A DNA stretch of 64,000 nt from Mobula hypostoma (GCF_963921235.1 NC_086097.1:134604001-134668000); one strand, 5' to 3'. Shown: positions 12,941 through 25,356, counted from the first letter of the stretch. Numbers and translations: made by a program. The notes: a model not told the origin generated them from the sequence alone.

Positions 12941-14721
12941 AGGAAGGTATACAAGACAACGATAATAAAACTGATTCCAATTTCTGTTTCTGCCTGATCC
13001 AGATAGCTTTTGTCCTTATGGTTAAATGATATTCCACATCAACAGTCTTCCACTCAACTACTGCATTAATAATATTAGGATCAAGAATCTTAAATTGTGA
13101 GGTAGCTTGAGTTCTTCTTAATCTGTGTGATTACTTACAGTTAGAGATAACATAATGTTGGTGTGAAAAGGTGCATATGCAAATATTCTATACTTACCAA
13201 GAATTGGTAAATGTTTGCATTAAAGATTACAACTTTAAGTCAAAAAACTCCCCTCCTAAGTAATAAAGTTATAAAGCAAATGGCACAGAGTAAAATCTTG
13301 ACAAATTAACTAAAAATAGGAACCAATTAACAATTCACATGCAACACTTGCAATGAAACAGTGTAAATTAACTTGATCCAGACTCTCAAACATTTGCCAC
13401 TGAACTAATTGTTGACTGAAATACAAGAAGAATTACACTCCACAGCCCCCGAGACAAATGCATTTTTTTTAATAATCATCAGTTTCTTTCTGTTTGTGCT
13501 AAATAAACATTGGGAAAATATTTCTCAGGGCATTATATTTGAAACAGAGGTTCTCTGTATCTTTGTGTAGTCTTAAGTAGCGTTAGGTGAAAAACACACA
13601 CCTAACTGAATCAGTGGACTCTTTCATGCTGTTGCCAGCTGAGCAGTAACTTCTCTTTAAAATACTGAATCCACCATAAAGATCTTTGGACAACCAGATT
13701 GCCGTCTGAACGGCAAAGGTATTATATGTGTAATCTAGATGCAAGATTTTCTTTCTGTTATTACCAAATACTGTTGTAAAATGGGATTTCTACAATAATA
13801 CAATAGAAGCTCAATTGTCCAGCACACAACCAATTGACAGACTCCAGTAAATGACATTTCAGTAAGAAACTAACCAAAACTGGCCACCTCCAAGACACAC
13901 CTAGGCCAACAACAATGCAGCACTGAGGAAGCACCCAGGGATTCCTTGCTGCTGCAGATCACTTATATTTTTATTTTCCTCCCTCAGAAATGACAATAAA
14001 TGAGAAAATAACAGATTTGGGGAGGTTGAAAATGCAATGTTTTTTTTTAATATTCCAGTTAAAACTGCTGTGGGCACTTTATTAACTCATTAGAGGTTTA
14101 TGTTACTTCAATAAAACTCCTAACATTCAATTAGATTTATACTTGGCCTTGTATGAAATTGTAAAGTAATCAATAACCATGGAAGTTCCAGGATACCCTC
14201 AAGCTGTTGGCAGATGAAAGGTTAAGAGCACATGAGATCACAGTTGAGGGCAAAGCCAGAGGTGGAGCGGTGTCGAGCAGGTTGCCTTGCTTGTATTCTC
14301 TATGTAGTTTGCAATGGTTTCAGTTCATTTATCCAGCAAGTATACTCATTGTGGAAATATTAATTTCTGGAGAAATACGGCAGCAGATTACCCACTTTCC
14401 CTTAACTTCCTGAACATTTATAATATGAATGTGCAAAATTTTAAACAAACAATGCATTGGTTTGCAACTAAATCCAAGGTACCCTTAGATGGGACTGTTT
14501 GGGTATCTTCCAGTCTGTCTGCTGAAGACAAAATTATATTTCGAAGGATAAATTCACTGATACAGACTTGTGGGTTAGAAAACTGATTGATGAAAACCAC
14601 TGGTTAACCTTTTCCTTTATATAAAAAAGTGTGACAGGGAAACATTTTATTTGCTTAATCAATTAATGCATTTCAGTTATTTTTTGATAATACACCTCAC
14701 TGTACAGAAATGTCTATTGAA

Positions 14722-14735
14722 GTTGCCATGGTGAT
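14722..14735. promoter_or_regulatory. Candidate RFX X-box
   Basis: GTTGCCATGGTGAT, close to the palindromic GTTGCCATGGCAAC. Motif match only. Confidence 0.35.
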
Positions 14736-15230
14736 AGGACCAAGTTTTCCTCAAGGCTTTGAAATAAGTTTTGGTCCTATACATAGCATATTGTTATTCT
14801 TTCATTTTGCTAATCATGTTCTGATTGTAAATCAACAGAAAAATATGAAAATTTAATGTTTTAAGTTAAAGATCTGATAGTACATGAAAGGATTTGATGA
14901 AGTCATGATCTTTTCCCTAACTTCAAAGATAATGTAATCATAATTTAGTTCAAATAAACAGGTGCATCATATGTTTCAGGATCTTTATCTTTCTTTTTAA
15001 CAGACTGGAGAGTAATAGGTCATTTGAACTAAGAGCAAAGGTACTTCATTGAGCAAAAGTTTACAGTACAACATATTCTGACTTTCTCCCGAGACAGACA
15101 GGTTCTTGGAACTTTCAACACCAAAACATTGTTGTAACAGCAAAGCTAGCAGGCAGTAACAGGATCCAATCCTTAACAGGGTACTGCCTTAAAACAGCAA
15201 TTATTGTACAACATCATTATGTATGACACA

Positions 15231-17870
15231 CATGCACGTAGCATTCGAATAAGGTGAACGAACTCCTGGCACAATTAGAGTTCAATTAGTATGATGTTGT
15301 GGGCATCACTGAGTCATGGCTGAAAGAAGGTTAGGAGTTTAACATCAAAGGATATAGTTTGTATCAAAAGGACAGGCAGAAAGGCATAGGTGGTGGTGTG
15401 GCTCTATTGGTAAGAGATGGAATTACATCTTTAGAAAGAGGTGACACAAGGTCAGAGAATGTTGAATCTATATGGGTGGAGTTAAGAAAGTGCAAGGATT
15501 TTTTTTAAAAGACACATTATGGGAATCATATATAAGCCTCCAAATAGCAGCCAAGATGGTGGGGTTGAGATTGCAAAGGGAGCTGGAAGCATGTTACAAT
15601 TGTAATGGAAGACTTCAATATGCAAGGGGATTGGGAAAATCAGGTTGATGTCAGATCACAAGGGGGGAATTTGCTGAATGCCTACGAGATGGCTATTTAG
15701 AGCAGCTTGTGCTTGAGCCTACTCGAGAAAAGGCTGTCTTGTAATAACACAGATTTTATTAGTCAGCTTAACATAAAGGAACCTTTAGGAGGCAGTGATC
15801 ATAACATGATTGAATTCATACTGCAATTTGAGAGGCAGAAGCACATCATATGCATCAATATCGTAATGGAATAAAGGGAATTATAGAGGTATGAGAGAGG
15901 AGTTTGTCCAGGTGGCTTGGAGGGGGATACTGGCGGGGATGACAGTAGAACAGAGGTGGTGGAAGTTTCTGGGAATAGTTCACAAGGCACAGGATAAATA
16001 TGTCCCACAGAAGAAGTAGCTCTCAAATGGCAGGAGTAGGCAACCGTGGCTGACAAGGGAAGTTAAGGACTGCTTAAAAGCCAAGGAAGGGGCATATGAG
16101 GTAACAAAATTGAGTGGGAAATTGGATGATTAGGAAGCTTTTAAAATCCAACAAAAGGCAATTAAAAAAACTACAAGGGAAAAGGTGAAATATGAAGGCA
16201 AACAACCAATAGTATAAAGCAGGATACTAAAAGTTTTTTCAGTTATATAAAGAGTAAAAGGGAGGTGAGAGTTGATTTTGGACCATTGGAAAATGATGCT
16301 GATGAGGTAGTAATGGGGGACAGGCATGAACTTAATGTGTACTTTACTTCAGTCTTTACTGTGGAAGACACTAGCTATATGCCAGAGGTCAGCAAATGTC
16401 AGGGAGCAGGAGTGAGTGCAAATGCTATTACAAAGGAAAAAGTACAAGGCAAAACAAAAGGTCTTATGATAGATAAGTCACCTGGACCAGAAGATATAAT
16501 GGATGCATTGGTCATGATCTTTTAAGAATCACTTGATTCTGGCACTGTCCCAGAGGACTAGAAAATTGCAAATGTCAGCAATATACACAAAATGTTTGAG
16601 GAACGCAGCAGGCTAGGCAGCATCTCCACTCTTTAAGAAGGGAGGAAGACAAAAGAGAAGAAATTATAGGCCAGTTAGCCTAACCTCAGTAGTTGGGAAA
16701 GTGTTTTAGTACATTATTAAGAATGAGGTTTTGGGGTACTTGAAGACCATGATAAAATAAGTCAAAGTCAGCTTGGTTTCTGTAAAGGGAGATCTGCTGG
16801 ACAAATCTGTTAAGAGTTCTTCAAGGAAGTAACAAGCAGGGCGGACAAAGGAGAGGTAGTGGATGTCATTTACTTAGATTTTCAGAAGACATTTGATAAG
16901 GTGCCTCACATGATACTGCTTAACAGTACAGGAGATATACTGGCATGGATAGAGGAATGGCTGACAAGCAGGAGGCGGCGAGTGGGAATAAAGGGAGCCT
17001 TTTCTGGTTGATTGCCAGTGACTAGTGGTGTTCCTCAGGGGTCAGTATTGCGACCACTACTTTTCACATTGTTTGTAAGTGATTTAGATAGTGGAATTGA
17101 TGGCTTTGTAGCAAAGTTTGTAGATGGTACAAAGACAGGTGGAGGGGTAGCTGGTGCTGCAAAAGCAATGTGATTGCAGCAGGACTTAGACAAATTGGAA
17201 GAATAGGCAAAAAAGTGGCAGATGGAATACTGTGTTGGGAAATGTATGATATTGCATTTTGGTAAAAGAAGCAATAGTGCGGACTGTTATCTAAATGGAG
17301 AGAAAGCTCAAACATCAGAAGTGCAGAGGGACTTAGGAGTCCTTATGCAAGACTCCCAGAATGTTAATTCACAGGCTGAGTCTGTGGTAAAGAAGGCGGA
17401 TGCAATGATGGCATTTATTTCAAGGGGAATAGAATATAAAAACAAGGAGATAATCCTGAGCCTTTATAATACACTAGTCAGGCCGCACTTGGAATATTGT
17501 CAACAGTTTTGGGGCCCATATCTCAGAAAGCATGTAATGTCATTGGAGAGAGTCCAGAGAAGAGTTCACGAGGATTATTCCAGGAATGAAGGGGTTAACA
17601 TATGAGGAGCGTCTGGCACCTTTCAGCTTGTACTAACTGGAATTTAGAAGAATGCGTGGGGATCTATCGGATCTATCGAATCTATCGACCTATCGAATGT
17701 TGAATGGTGGATATGTAGGGGATGTTTCCTCTGGAAGGGCAACCTTTTGGGACAGAAGTAAAGAGGAGTTTTTTGTTTAGCCAAAGAGTGGTGAATCTGT
17801 GGAATGCTCTGCCAAGAACTGCAGTGGAGGCCAAGTCCATGGGTATACTTAAAGCGGTTGATAGATTTCT
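15231..17870 (+). mobile_element. CR1 LINE, near full ORF2 (APE + RT), decayed
   Basis: [77 protein letters not shown]. Many stops and frameshifts; 3' tail missing. Confidence 0.92.
17661..17695. repeat. Short tandem repeat (RATCTATCG) x about 4
   Basis: GATCTATCG GATCTATCG AATCTATCG ACCTATCG inside the CR1. Confidence 0.8.
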
Positions 17871-18012
17871 AAAAACACAAACACGAGGAATTCTGCAGAT
17901 GCTGGAAATTCAAGCAACACACATCAAAGTTGCTGGTGAATGCAGCAGGCCAGGCAGCATCTCTAGGCAGAGGTACAGTCGATGTTTCAGGCCGAGACCC
18001 ACGAAGGGTCTC
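17871..18012 (-). mobile_element. PLE 3' terminal module with fold-back junction
   Basis: Near-identical to 6591-6711, then switches to the opposite orientation (ACGAAGGGTCTC). Confidence 0.85.
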
Positions 18013-18354
18013 TTTGGAAAGATGAAGAATAAATTATTATCTCTTTCAATATTCTCACTCCACACAGTATGCGATCACTCTTCTTTCACGCAATCCCAAG
18101 GTGATATCCTGCATATCCAGTCTTGCCCTCTCAGGAATGACCCATCCTCTCACCTGCAAACACCCTGCCTCCTGTGACCTATATTAAAACAGCACACCAA
18201 TCAGTGTGGTCCACATCCCTCTCAGGCAGCATTCACCAAACTTGTCAGTCTAATTTTTTTTTAAATGAAACTGCAGTGGCTGGCAATTTTAAAACAACTT
18301 TAAAAATAGTGACAGTGAGCAGGTTGGCCAAATCATAGGTGAAGACGAATTGGT

Positions 18355-18930
18355 ATAGAGTCATAGAATAGTACAGCACAGAAACAGGCCCTTCAGCTCA
18401 TCTAGACCATGCTGAAACCATTTAAACTGTCTACTCCCATCAACCCGCACCAGGACTATAGCCCTCCATACCCCTACTATGTACCTATCTAAATATCTCT
18501 AAAACAATGAAATCGAATTCACATGCACCACTCATGCTGGCAGCTCACTCTGCACTCTCACGACCCTCTGAGGGAGGAAATTTCCCCTCATGTCCCCCTT
18601 AAACTTCTCACCTTTCACCCTTAACCCATGACCTCTGGTTATAGTCCCACCCAACTTCAGTGGAAAAAGCCTTCTTGCATTTACCCTATCAATACCCTTC
18701 ATAATTTTATATACCACTTACCAAATGTCTCAATCTCCTATGTTCAAGGAATACGTCCTAACCAATTCAATCCTTCCTTATAACTCAGGTCCTCCAGACC
18801 CAGCAAATCCTTGTAAATTTTCTCTGTACTCTCTATCAACCTTGCTTACATCTCTCCTGTAGGTAGTTGACCAAAACTGCACATTCCAACCAACATCTTC
18901 AGCATAAGATCCCCTCTCTTGTACTCAATA
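18355..18930 (-). mobile_element. CR1 LINE 3' fragment
   Basis: ORF 18532..18717(-) VYKIMKGIDRVNARRLFP..TRGHGLRVKG..NFLPQRVV. Confidence 0.85.
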
Positions 18931-19804
18931 CATATCGGAGGACGATTGAAAATTTGGTTGTATGGTCCTACAACAACCTCTCAAGACCAAAGAGCTAATT
19001 ATTGACTGCAGGAAGAGGAAACCGAAGGTCCATGAGCCAGTCCTCAATTGGAGATTGAAGTGGAGGGGGTCAGTAACTTTAAATAACTTGGTGTTATCAC
19101 TTCACTGGATCTGTCCTGGGATCAGCAGTAAGTGGCATTATAAAGGCAGCATGGCAACAACTCAATTTTTGTAGAACTTTGCACAGATTCAGCTTGTTAC
19201 CTCAGACTTTGACAAACTTCTATAGAGACACAATAGAGAGTATCCTTTCTGGTTGAATCACAGCCTAGCGTGTAAACATGAAAATCCTACAAAATGGAGT
19301 GGACCCAGTCCAGTCGATCACAGGAAAAGTCCTCCTCACCATTGAACTCTTCTATGAGGAACAATGCCGCAGGAAAGCAGCATCCATCATCAAGAACCTC
19401 TACCATCCAGCCCATGCTCTCTTCTCACTGCTGCCATCAGGAAGAAGGTACAGAAGCTTTAGGTCCCAGACCAGCAGGTTCGGGAACATTTATTACCCTT
19501 CAACCATAAAGCACTTGAACCAGTGTGAATAACTTCATTCACCTCAACACTAAAATGATTTCACAATCTATGAGATCACTTTCAAGGACTCTACAATTCA
19601 TGTTCTCGATATTATTTATTACTGATATTTTTTGTATTGCAGTGTCTTTTGCACATTAGTTGTTTGATCATATTTGTTTGTGTGTAGTTTTTCAATGATT
19701 CCATTGTATTTCTTTGTATCTATTATGAATGTCTGCAAGAAAATGAATCTCAATGTAGTCTATGGTGAGATATACATTGATAATAAATTTACTTTGAACT
19801 TTGA
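18931..19804 (+). mobile_element. Rex1/Babar LINE 3' fragment with tail
   Basis: KTKELIIDCRK; HPAHALFSLLPSGRRYRSFRSQTSRFGNIYYPSTIKHLN; tail AATAAATTTACTTTGAACTTTGA. Confidence 0.85.
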
Positions 19805-20089
19805 GAGAAACAGAGTTAATGTTTCAAATCTATTTCTTACAGCATAGAAGAGGTACATTAATTTTATTCCTGTTATTCTTCATGATCCTGAAACCTTTCC
19901 CCACTCAAGTATTTATCCAATTCTCTTTTGAAACTTACTGTAAAATCTGCTTCCATTGATCTTCCACATAGCATATTTCAGACCATAAAAAAACCATCAA
20001 TACCTTTCTTTCCGTAGAAGAAACACCCCAGTATTATCATTCCTTAAGTCCATTCCCTATCCCTCAATTACTTCAGTTATGTTCCCTCC

Positions 20090-20650
20090 ACCCCACAATA
20101 TCAGGGTGCGCTTCTTTAGCACTTTTCACATTACTAGTTTCTTTGGAACTAGTGGAGTACCGATGAGGGCAGCCATTGCAAAATAAGAACTAATCCTGGA
20201 AGTGGATGGTCTTGGCCGGGGAGGAAGGATTAATGAAGACTCCAGAATGTTCATGGCAATGGTCTCGCCTGAGTAATAGTAAGCGGTTACCTCAAGGTGT
20301 GTTGGAAGAGTTGAGAGAGGAAGGAAGGAGCAGGAGAGATGATGTAGGGTGGAAGTTTAGAGAAAAAAACAACTCAATTGCTGTTATTTTTAATTGACTG
20401 GGTGATTTGTGAGTGGGAAGGAAACACTGAATACAGAAGTGGATGAGGCAATGACGTGGAGCAGTGGGAGATGTGGAAAGTGGAGACAAAATCCAGATCA
20501 AGATGGGGGTGAGTGGGTTTTGTTGAACAACAAGGCAGGATGGAAGATGTGTGGATGAATGGGTAGGGAAGGAATGCAGCCACAATTGGGGAAAAAAGCA
20601 GAAACAACCACTAAACATTGACAAAAGGTACACGTTGCAAGGTTAGCCCC
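20090..20650 (-). mobile_element. Highly decayed L2-like LINE fragment
   Basis: Minus strand KPTHPHLDLDFV resembles the APE motif PTH..G..LDL. Purine-rich + strand. Confidence 0.35.
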
Positions 20651-21587
20651 ACTCTGAGAGAACTAAAGGGGATGGATTCACTCAGGTTCATGCTAAAAAA
20701 AAAATCGCAGCAGTAAGTTCTTATTATACATCCAGCCTCACTGAAGGATCAATATTAATGCTCTTCATGAAAGGAAACAGCACAGAGCACAGTAGGAAGA
20801 AGAGCAGGACTAGAATATATTCAGATAAAAAGTAAAATGCTGATTAGTGAACATGTCTACACAGTACACAGGAAATCACTTCCTTCAGTTTGCCTTATTC
20901 AATAAACACAATGAGTTGTTCAAACCACATGCACTGCCGCTCTGTAGCACCATCACCACTCAGTCATCCACTTAAGTGCAACTTCCCCCCCCCCAACAAT
21001 GACCCTCCCCTTCACATGAGGGAAGAAAGCATACACAGAAATCAGCTCTCTGATCTGTAGCGACAAGTATGGAAATGTATTGGGATAGCTCCTCAGGCAG
21101 AATGTCAGCTTTCTCTGCTCTTGGTGCAGTACGACAAATCTGACTACTTTTCAGGAATATTAAGGTCAAGAAGTTTCTTTGTAAAGGCCACATGCCAGCC
21201 TTGTGTGAGATCCGAATGAAAGTCTGTTTCTTTGACTTACATTTACAGTTTGGTAGAAGATGAAGGCAACTGGAGCATACCAGCTTTTCATGTTAAATCT
21301 AGAAATGGAAATCTTGACTTGTAATGAATAAAAGGGGTTAACGCAGAAGAACAAAAGGAAATAGGAGCACGAGTAGGCCACCAGGCTCCCCAGTCTCTCC
21401 TTCCGTTAAATATGAGCGTGACTGATCTATGCTAGCATCAACTCCTCTTCTTCCCTGCAACCCACAATCTTTCCAAATACTTATCTGTCTCTGCTTTAAA
21501 TATATCATTGATCTAAGCTCTGCCACCCTTGGGAACAAAGATTCCAGAGATTCACAACCCACTGAGAAAAGGAAATTTCTGTGCACC

Positions 21588-21723
21588 ATGTTGTACATTT
21601 CAGTTCTGCCAAAGGGTTTCGGCCAGAAACGTCGACAGTGCTATTTTCCATAGATGCCTGCCGAGTTCCTCCAGCATTTTGTGTGTGTTGCTTGGAATTC
21701 CAGCATCTGCAGATTCTCTCTTG
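21588..21723 (+). mobile_element. Stand-alone PLE terminal module with degenerate hammerhead
   Basis: CAGTT CTGCCAA AGGGTTTCGGCCA GAAAC GTC GACAG..CCAGCATCTGCAGATTCTCTCTTG. Exact TSD TTTCTGTGCACC at 21576-21587 and 21724-21735. Confidence 0.85.
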
Positions 21724-21752
21724 TTTCTGTGCACCTCAGTTTTAAATGACCA

Positions 21753-21830
21753 GCCTGAAACATTGACTGTACCTCTTCCTAGAGATGCTGCCTGGCCTGC
21801 TGCATTCACCAGCAACTTTGATGTGTGTTG
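21753..21830 (+). mobile_element. PLE terminal module fragment
   Basis: Reverse complement of about 6626-6703 (CCTGAAACATTGACTGTACCTCTTCCTAGAGATGCTG..GATGTGTGTTG). Confidence 0.8.
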
Positions 21831-22049
21831 TTAGGATCTTATATGTTTGAATAAGATCACATCTCATTCATCTCAACTCCAAAGCACTTAAATTCAAACA
21901 GTTTGGTCTCTCTTGATAGAGAAACCTCCTCATCTCAAAAATTAACTTGGTGAATCTCATTTGGACTGCCTCTAATGAATTGTAACAAAATCTCCTTATA
22001 CTTAAACTTTAGCGCTTTCACTATAAAACCCACATCAAGTGCCTTTTTT

Positions 22050-22174
22050 TCCCCTCCAGTCCTGCAGAAGAGTTTCAGCCCGAAACATCAAATGTAATTT
22101 TTTCCATAGATGCTGAGTTCCTCCAGCATTTTGTGTGTTGCTCTGATTTCCACCATCTGCAGATTTTCTTGTTT
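22050..22174 (+). mobile_element. PLE terminal module with degenerate hammerhead
   Basis: CAGTC CTGCAGA AGAGTTTCAGCCC GAAAC ATC..CATCTGCAGATTTTCTTGTTT. Confidence 0.8.
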
Positions 22175-22216
22175 GTCACGTCTTGTTTATTACTTGTGGA
22201 CCTGCCTGATAACTTC

Positions 22217-22556
22217 CAAAAGGACTACAACCCTGTTGTGGTTTGGAGAATTGCATGCCTCAAAGACTTGGGAGAGCTATGCTGGCTGAAGTCAGGGCTT
22301 TATGCTTTGGCTCTTGGTAGGGTAACTCATGCCAAACAGGTCAAAGGGTAAACGCCAGACTAAGAATGATCCACTAATCCTCCAGGTTCGGGGGTTCAAT
22401 TCAGGGCTAGCAACTTTGACTGGTAAAACAAAATTGTTACAGACACAGCAATGAAGAATCCTTCTATATCTGAGTGCTGCGGTATTCCTGAGTTTCTGCC
22501 AGGGACTTGCATGGCTGACAGTAGTGAAAACTGAGAGGAAGCTACTGACACGATGA
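22217..22556 (+). mobile_element. RTE (Rex3/Expander-like) 5'-UTR-derived element
   Basis: TTGCATGCCTCAAAGAC..GAGCTATGCTGG..TGGTAGGGTAACTCATGCCAAACAGGTC..CCAGACTAAGA resembles RTE 5' UTRs. 15-bp flanking repeat with 2 mismatches (22202-22216 / 22557-22571). Confidence 0.6.
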
Positions 22557-23430
22557 CTGCCCAATAACTTCTTGTGATTCACGCACTAGAACACCTGATC
22601 ACTCTGAATATCGCCTAGCTGCAGCCACTCCATTTAGATAATACCCACCTTTTGATTATTATCAAAGCGCATGACCTTATACTTCCCTACAATAAACTCC
22701 ATCTGTCAAGTTATTGCCCAGTTCCTCAAACTCCCCATATCCTGTTGATAAATCTCAATGTCTTCACCAAGTCTTTGGAGAATTTTGTTTACAACAAATT
22801 GACTGAAAATCTGACTGATCCTCCATTTCTGCTCGCTACATTTATAACATCCCACACAAGGTAAATCTACTCACGCTATTTACCCTGCTGATGATGTGTC
22901 ACCTAGAATGAGAGATATTTCTGACATTTTTTGTTTTGCAATGACAGTGAGGTTTGCTTATAGATCTTCTGTGGAATGGATTCCATCTGAGCAGCACACC
23001 AGTTCTCCATTCTCAAAAATAAACACATTAATTACTCTATCTAAGATTTTATGCATCACCTTAAAACACTTTTTAACCAGTTTAATGCCGCTAAATATAC
23101 AGTACTAGAAAATCCAAGCGCAAATCTTCCCCTTAATACAAATGAATGCTTAAAACACATGTGATGCTTGGCTTTTTGTTAACCAAGGCACAGAAAGCAA
23201 GAGTATAAAGGTTATGATAGAAATGTAGAACATGGCTGATCCAAGAAAGACTGAGGATGTTGTAAATCCAAAAGAACAACAAAAAATACTCATCCCACGG
23301 GAGTGACTCAGAGCTTCCAGTGGGCCCCCCCCCTCCCGCCCCCAACTTTAATTCGGTATCGCATTCCCATTCTGTCCCTGGCCTCCTGCAATGTTACAAC
23401 ATGATCCATTGCAAGCTTGAGGAACAATAC

Positions 23431-23629
23431 AAAAACACAAGAGATTCTGCAGATACTGGAAATCCACAGCAACACCCACAAATCCAAGCAGCATCTATGG
23501 AAGTGAATAAACAATCAACGTTTCAGGCAGAGACCCTTCATCAGGACTCAGCCGAAATGTCCAATCCTTATTTATTTCTGTAGATGCTGGATACTGCTGA
23601 GTTTCTCTGGCATTTTGTGTGTGTGTTGC
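23431..23629. mobile_element. Inverted-pair PLE terminal mini-element
   Basis: Minus-oriented module 23431-23549 joined to a plus-oriented partial module 23550-23629. Exact 13-bp TSD TGAGGAACAATAC at 23418-23430 and 23630-23642. Confidence 0.88.
23512..23548 (-). ncRNA. Minimal hammerhead ribozyme motif, intact core
   Basis: Minus strand AGUC CUGAUGA AGGGUCUCUGCCU GAAAC GUU GAUUG: CUGAUGA, GAAA and NUH (GUU) all present; stem I AGUC/GAUU. Confidence 0.7.
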
Positions 23630-25356
23630 TGAGGAACAATACCTCATCTTTCATCTTGGCAGGCATCAACATTAATTTTTTTTCTTGCTGTTTTTATCCA
23701 CACTAACAAATCTTGCCCGTCATCCCTCTCTCCCTTTTCCTTTCATTTCTACATTCTATCTTGCTGCACATGTCCCAAGTCTGACCTGAAGTGCTAATTG
23801 TTTCTCTTTCCACAAATACTGCCAAACTTGCCATGCTTTTCAGTATGCTTTTTTTTTATTACAGGGTAGTTGTGATTGCACTGGAGACAGCAAAGAGCCT
23901 ATTTACAAGGACTGGAAAATCTTAGCTGAGAGGAAAGGCTGAATTAAATAAGTCTGTTTTCTCTAGAATAATGGAAAATGAGGGGGACAAAATCTGAATA
24001 AAAATAAAGGTCTATTTCATTCATCAGAGCAGTCAAAACCAATGGGAGTAAATACTTCAATTGGTAAAAGGATTAGAGGGGGAAGAGTGGGAAAATAATT
24101 TTCACTCAAAGAGCTGAGGCAATCTGAAGTTACTGCCTTCAGGAGTGGTAAGGGTAGTACCTGGACATATACTTAAGAGCTGTGCAGGATTTAGAATTTG
24201 CAATGAAGAGATTAGCATCTATTAGATTAGCATTTTTTTCAATTAGCATAGCCACAATGGGCCAAATAGCCTCTGCTTTGCGCGCGAAAAATTTCACTGC
24301 ATTTGTGGGATTGCAGCAAATTTAACTTGAGCTGTGGCCAGAGAAAAGAAAAGGAGCAATCAAGAGATGCATTTTACATGGTTTGCAGCAATACCAAATT
24401 CATAACAAATGTGAGATCTCTCAGATTTGGATCAGTTGTTCAGCTTTACCCAAATATTATATCACACAGACTATGTGGAGTCTGAAACATCAATACATAT
24501 ATAAAAGTAGATTACCATTTGTGTAGAGCTGCAGTGTAACAGACCATCAAGCAAGCCAGGAGACAGACAGGAGTGGGGGCAGGGGAGTGGAATAGAGAAA
24601 CAAGAAAAGCAGAAAAGGAAAGTCGGCATGGCACTAAAATGAGAAATATATTATGCCTGATCCACATTCTACTTAGCTTCAATTAAGATCTCTTTTTTAT
24701 TTAAAAACTAAAAAATATAAAATAAAATAATTCTTAGAAAGGGGTCCTGGAAATTCAGTAACTTCTAAAAGTGGGTCTGGGAATCAGCGTGATTAGCCTG
24801 CGCACGTTCAGTTAAATGCAAGGGGACCAACCAAAGCAATAATCTGCAGAAGAGCTCAGATGTAGGAGGAAAGAACTGTTAACATTTCAGGTCAAAATCC
24901 TGCATCAGGAGTCTCTTCATTTGATGTTTCCTGTGTAGAACCATTTAATATCAGCAAGTGTAGCTGGGGGTGGGGGGGCGGGGGTTGGTGGTCAGTGTCA
25001 ATTAAAGCAGGCTAGCACTGGCTAATTCAGAATGGTCTCAACCCAAAGTGTTGACTGTTCATTTCCCTCCTCAGATGGTGCCTGACCCACTGAGTTTTTC
25101 CATCAGTATTTTTTTTTGCCTCATATTGGTTAAGCTAGGCTGTGTTTCTTGAAAACGAGATGCATGTGGCTAGGTCAGGTGTTGTCAGGCTTGCTGTCAT
25201 TGAAGCTGACAGAGCAGCCCAACAGAACTGCGTGGCACCGTAGACGGATGAGGAATCAGTGCAGCAGATGCGAGGAAGAGGGTAGGGGCATCCACACTCA
25301 TGGGGACACAAGAGATCTCCCAAGCAACCATCTCAACAGAAGGTTATTAAGTACTA

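Larger units (their letters stand above)
21350..22790 (-). mobile_element. Old CR1 3' region hosting four nested insertions
   Basis: CR1-type tail at 21350-21400 and RNFLFSVGCESLESL segment. CR1-like sequence resumes at 21724, 21831, about 22180 and 22557. Confidence 0.65.
23300..23860 (+). mobile_element. Old PLE GIY-YIG/3' fragment
   Basis: FNSVSHSHS..GLLQCY..KLEEQY|LIFHLG, split by an insertion at 23431-23629; decayed terminal module at about 23780-23860. Confidence 0.7.
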
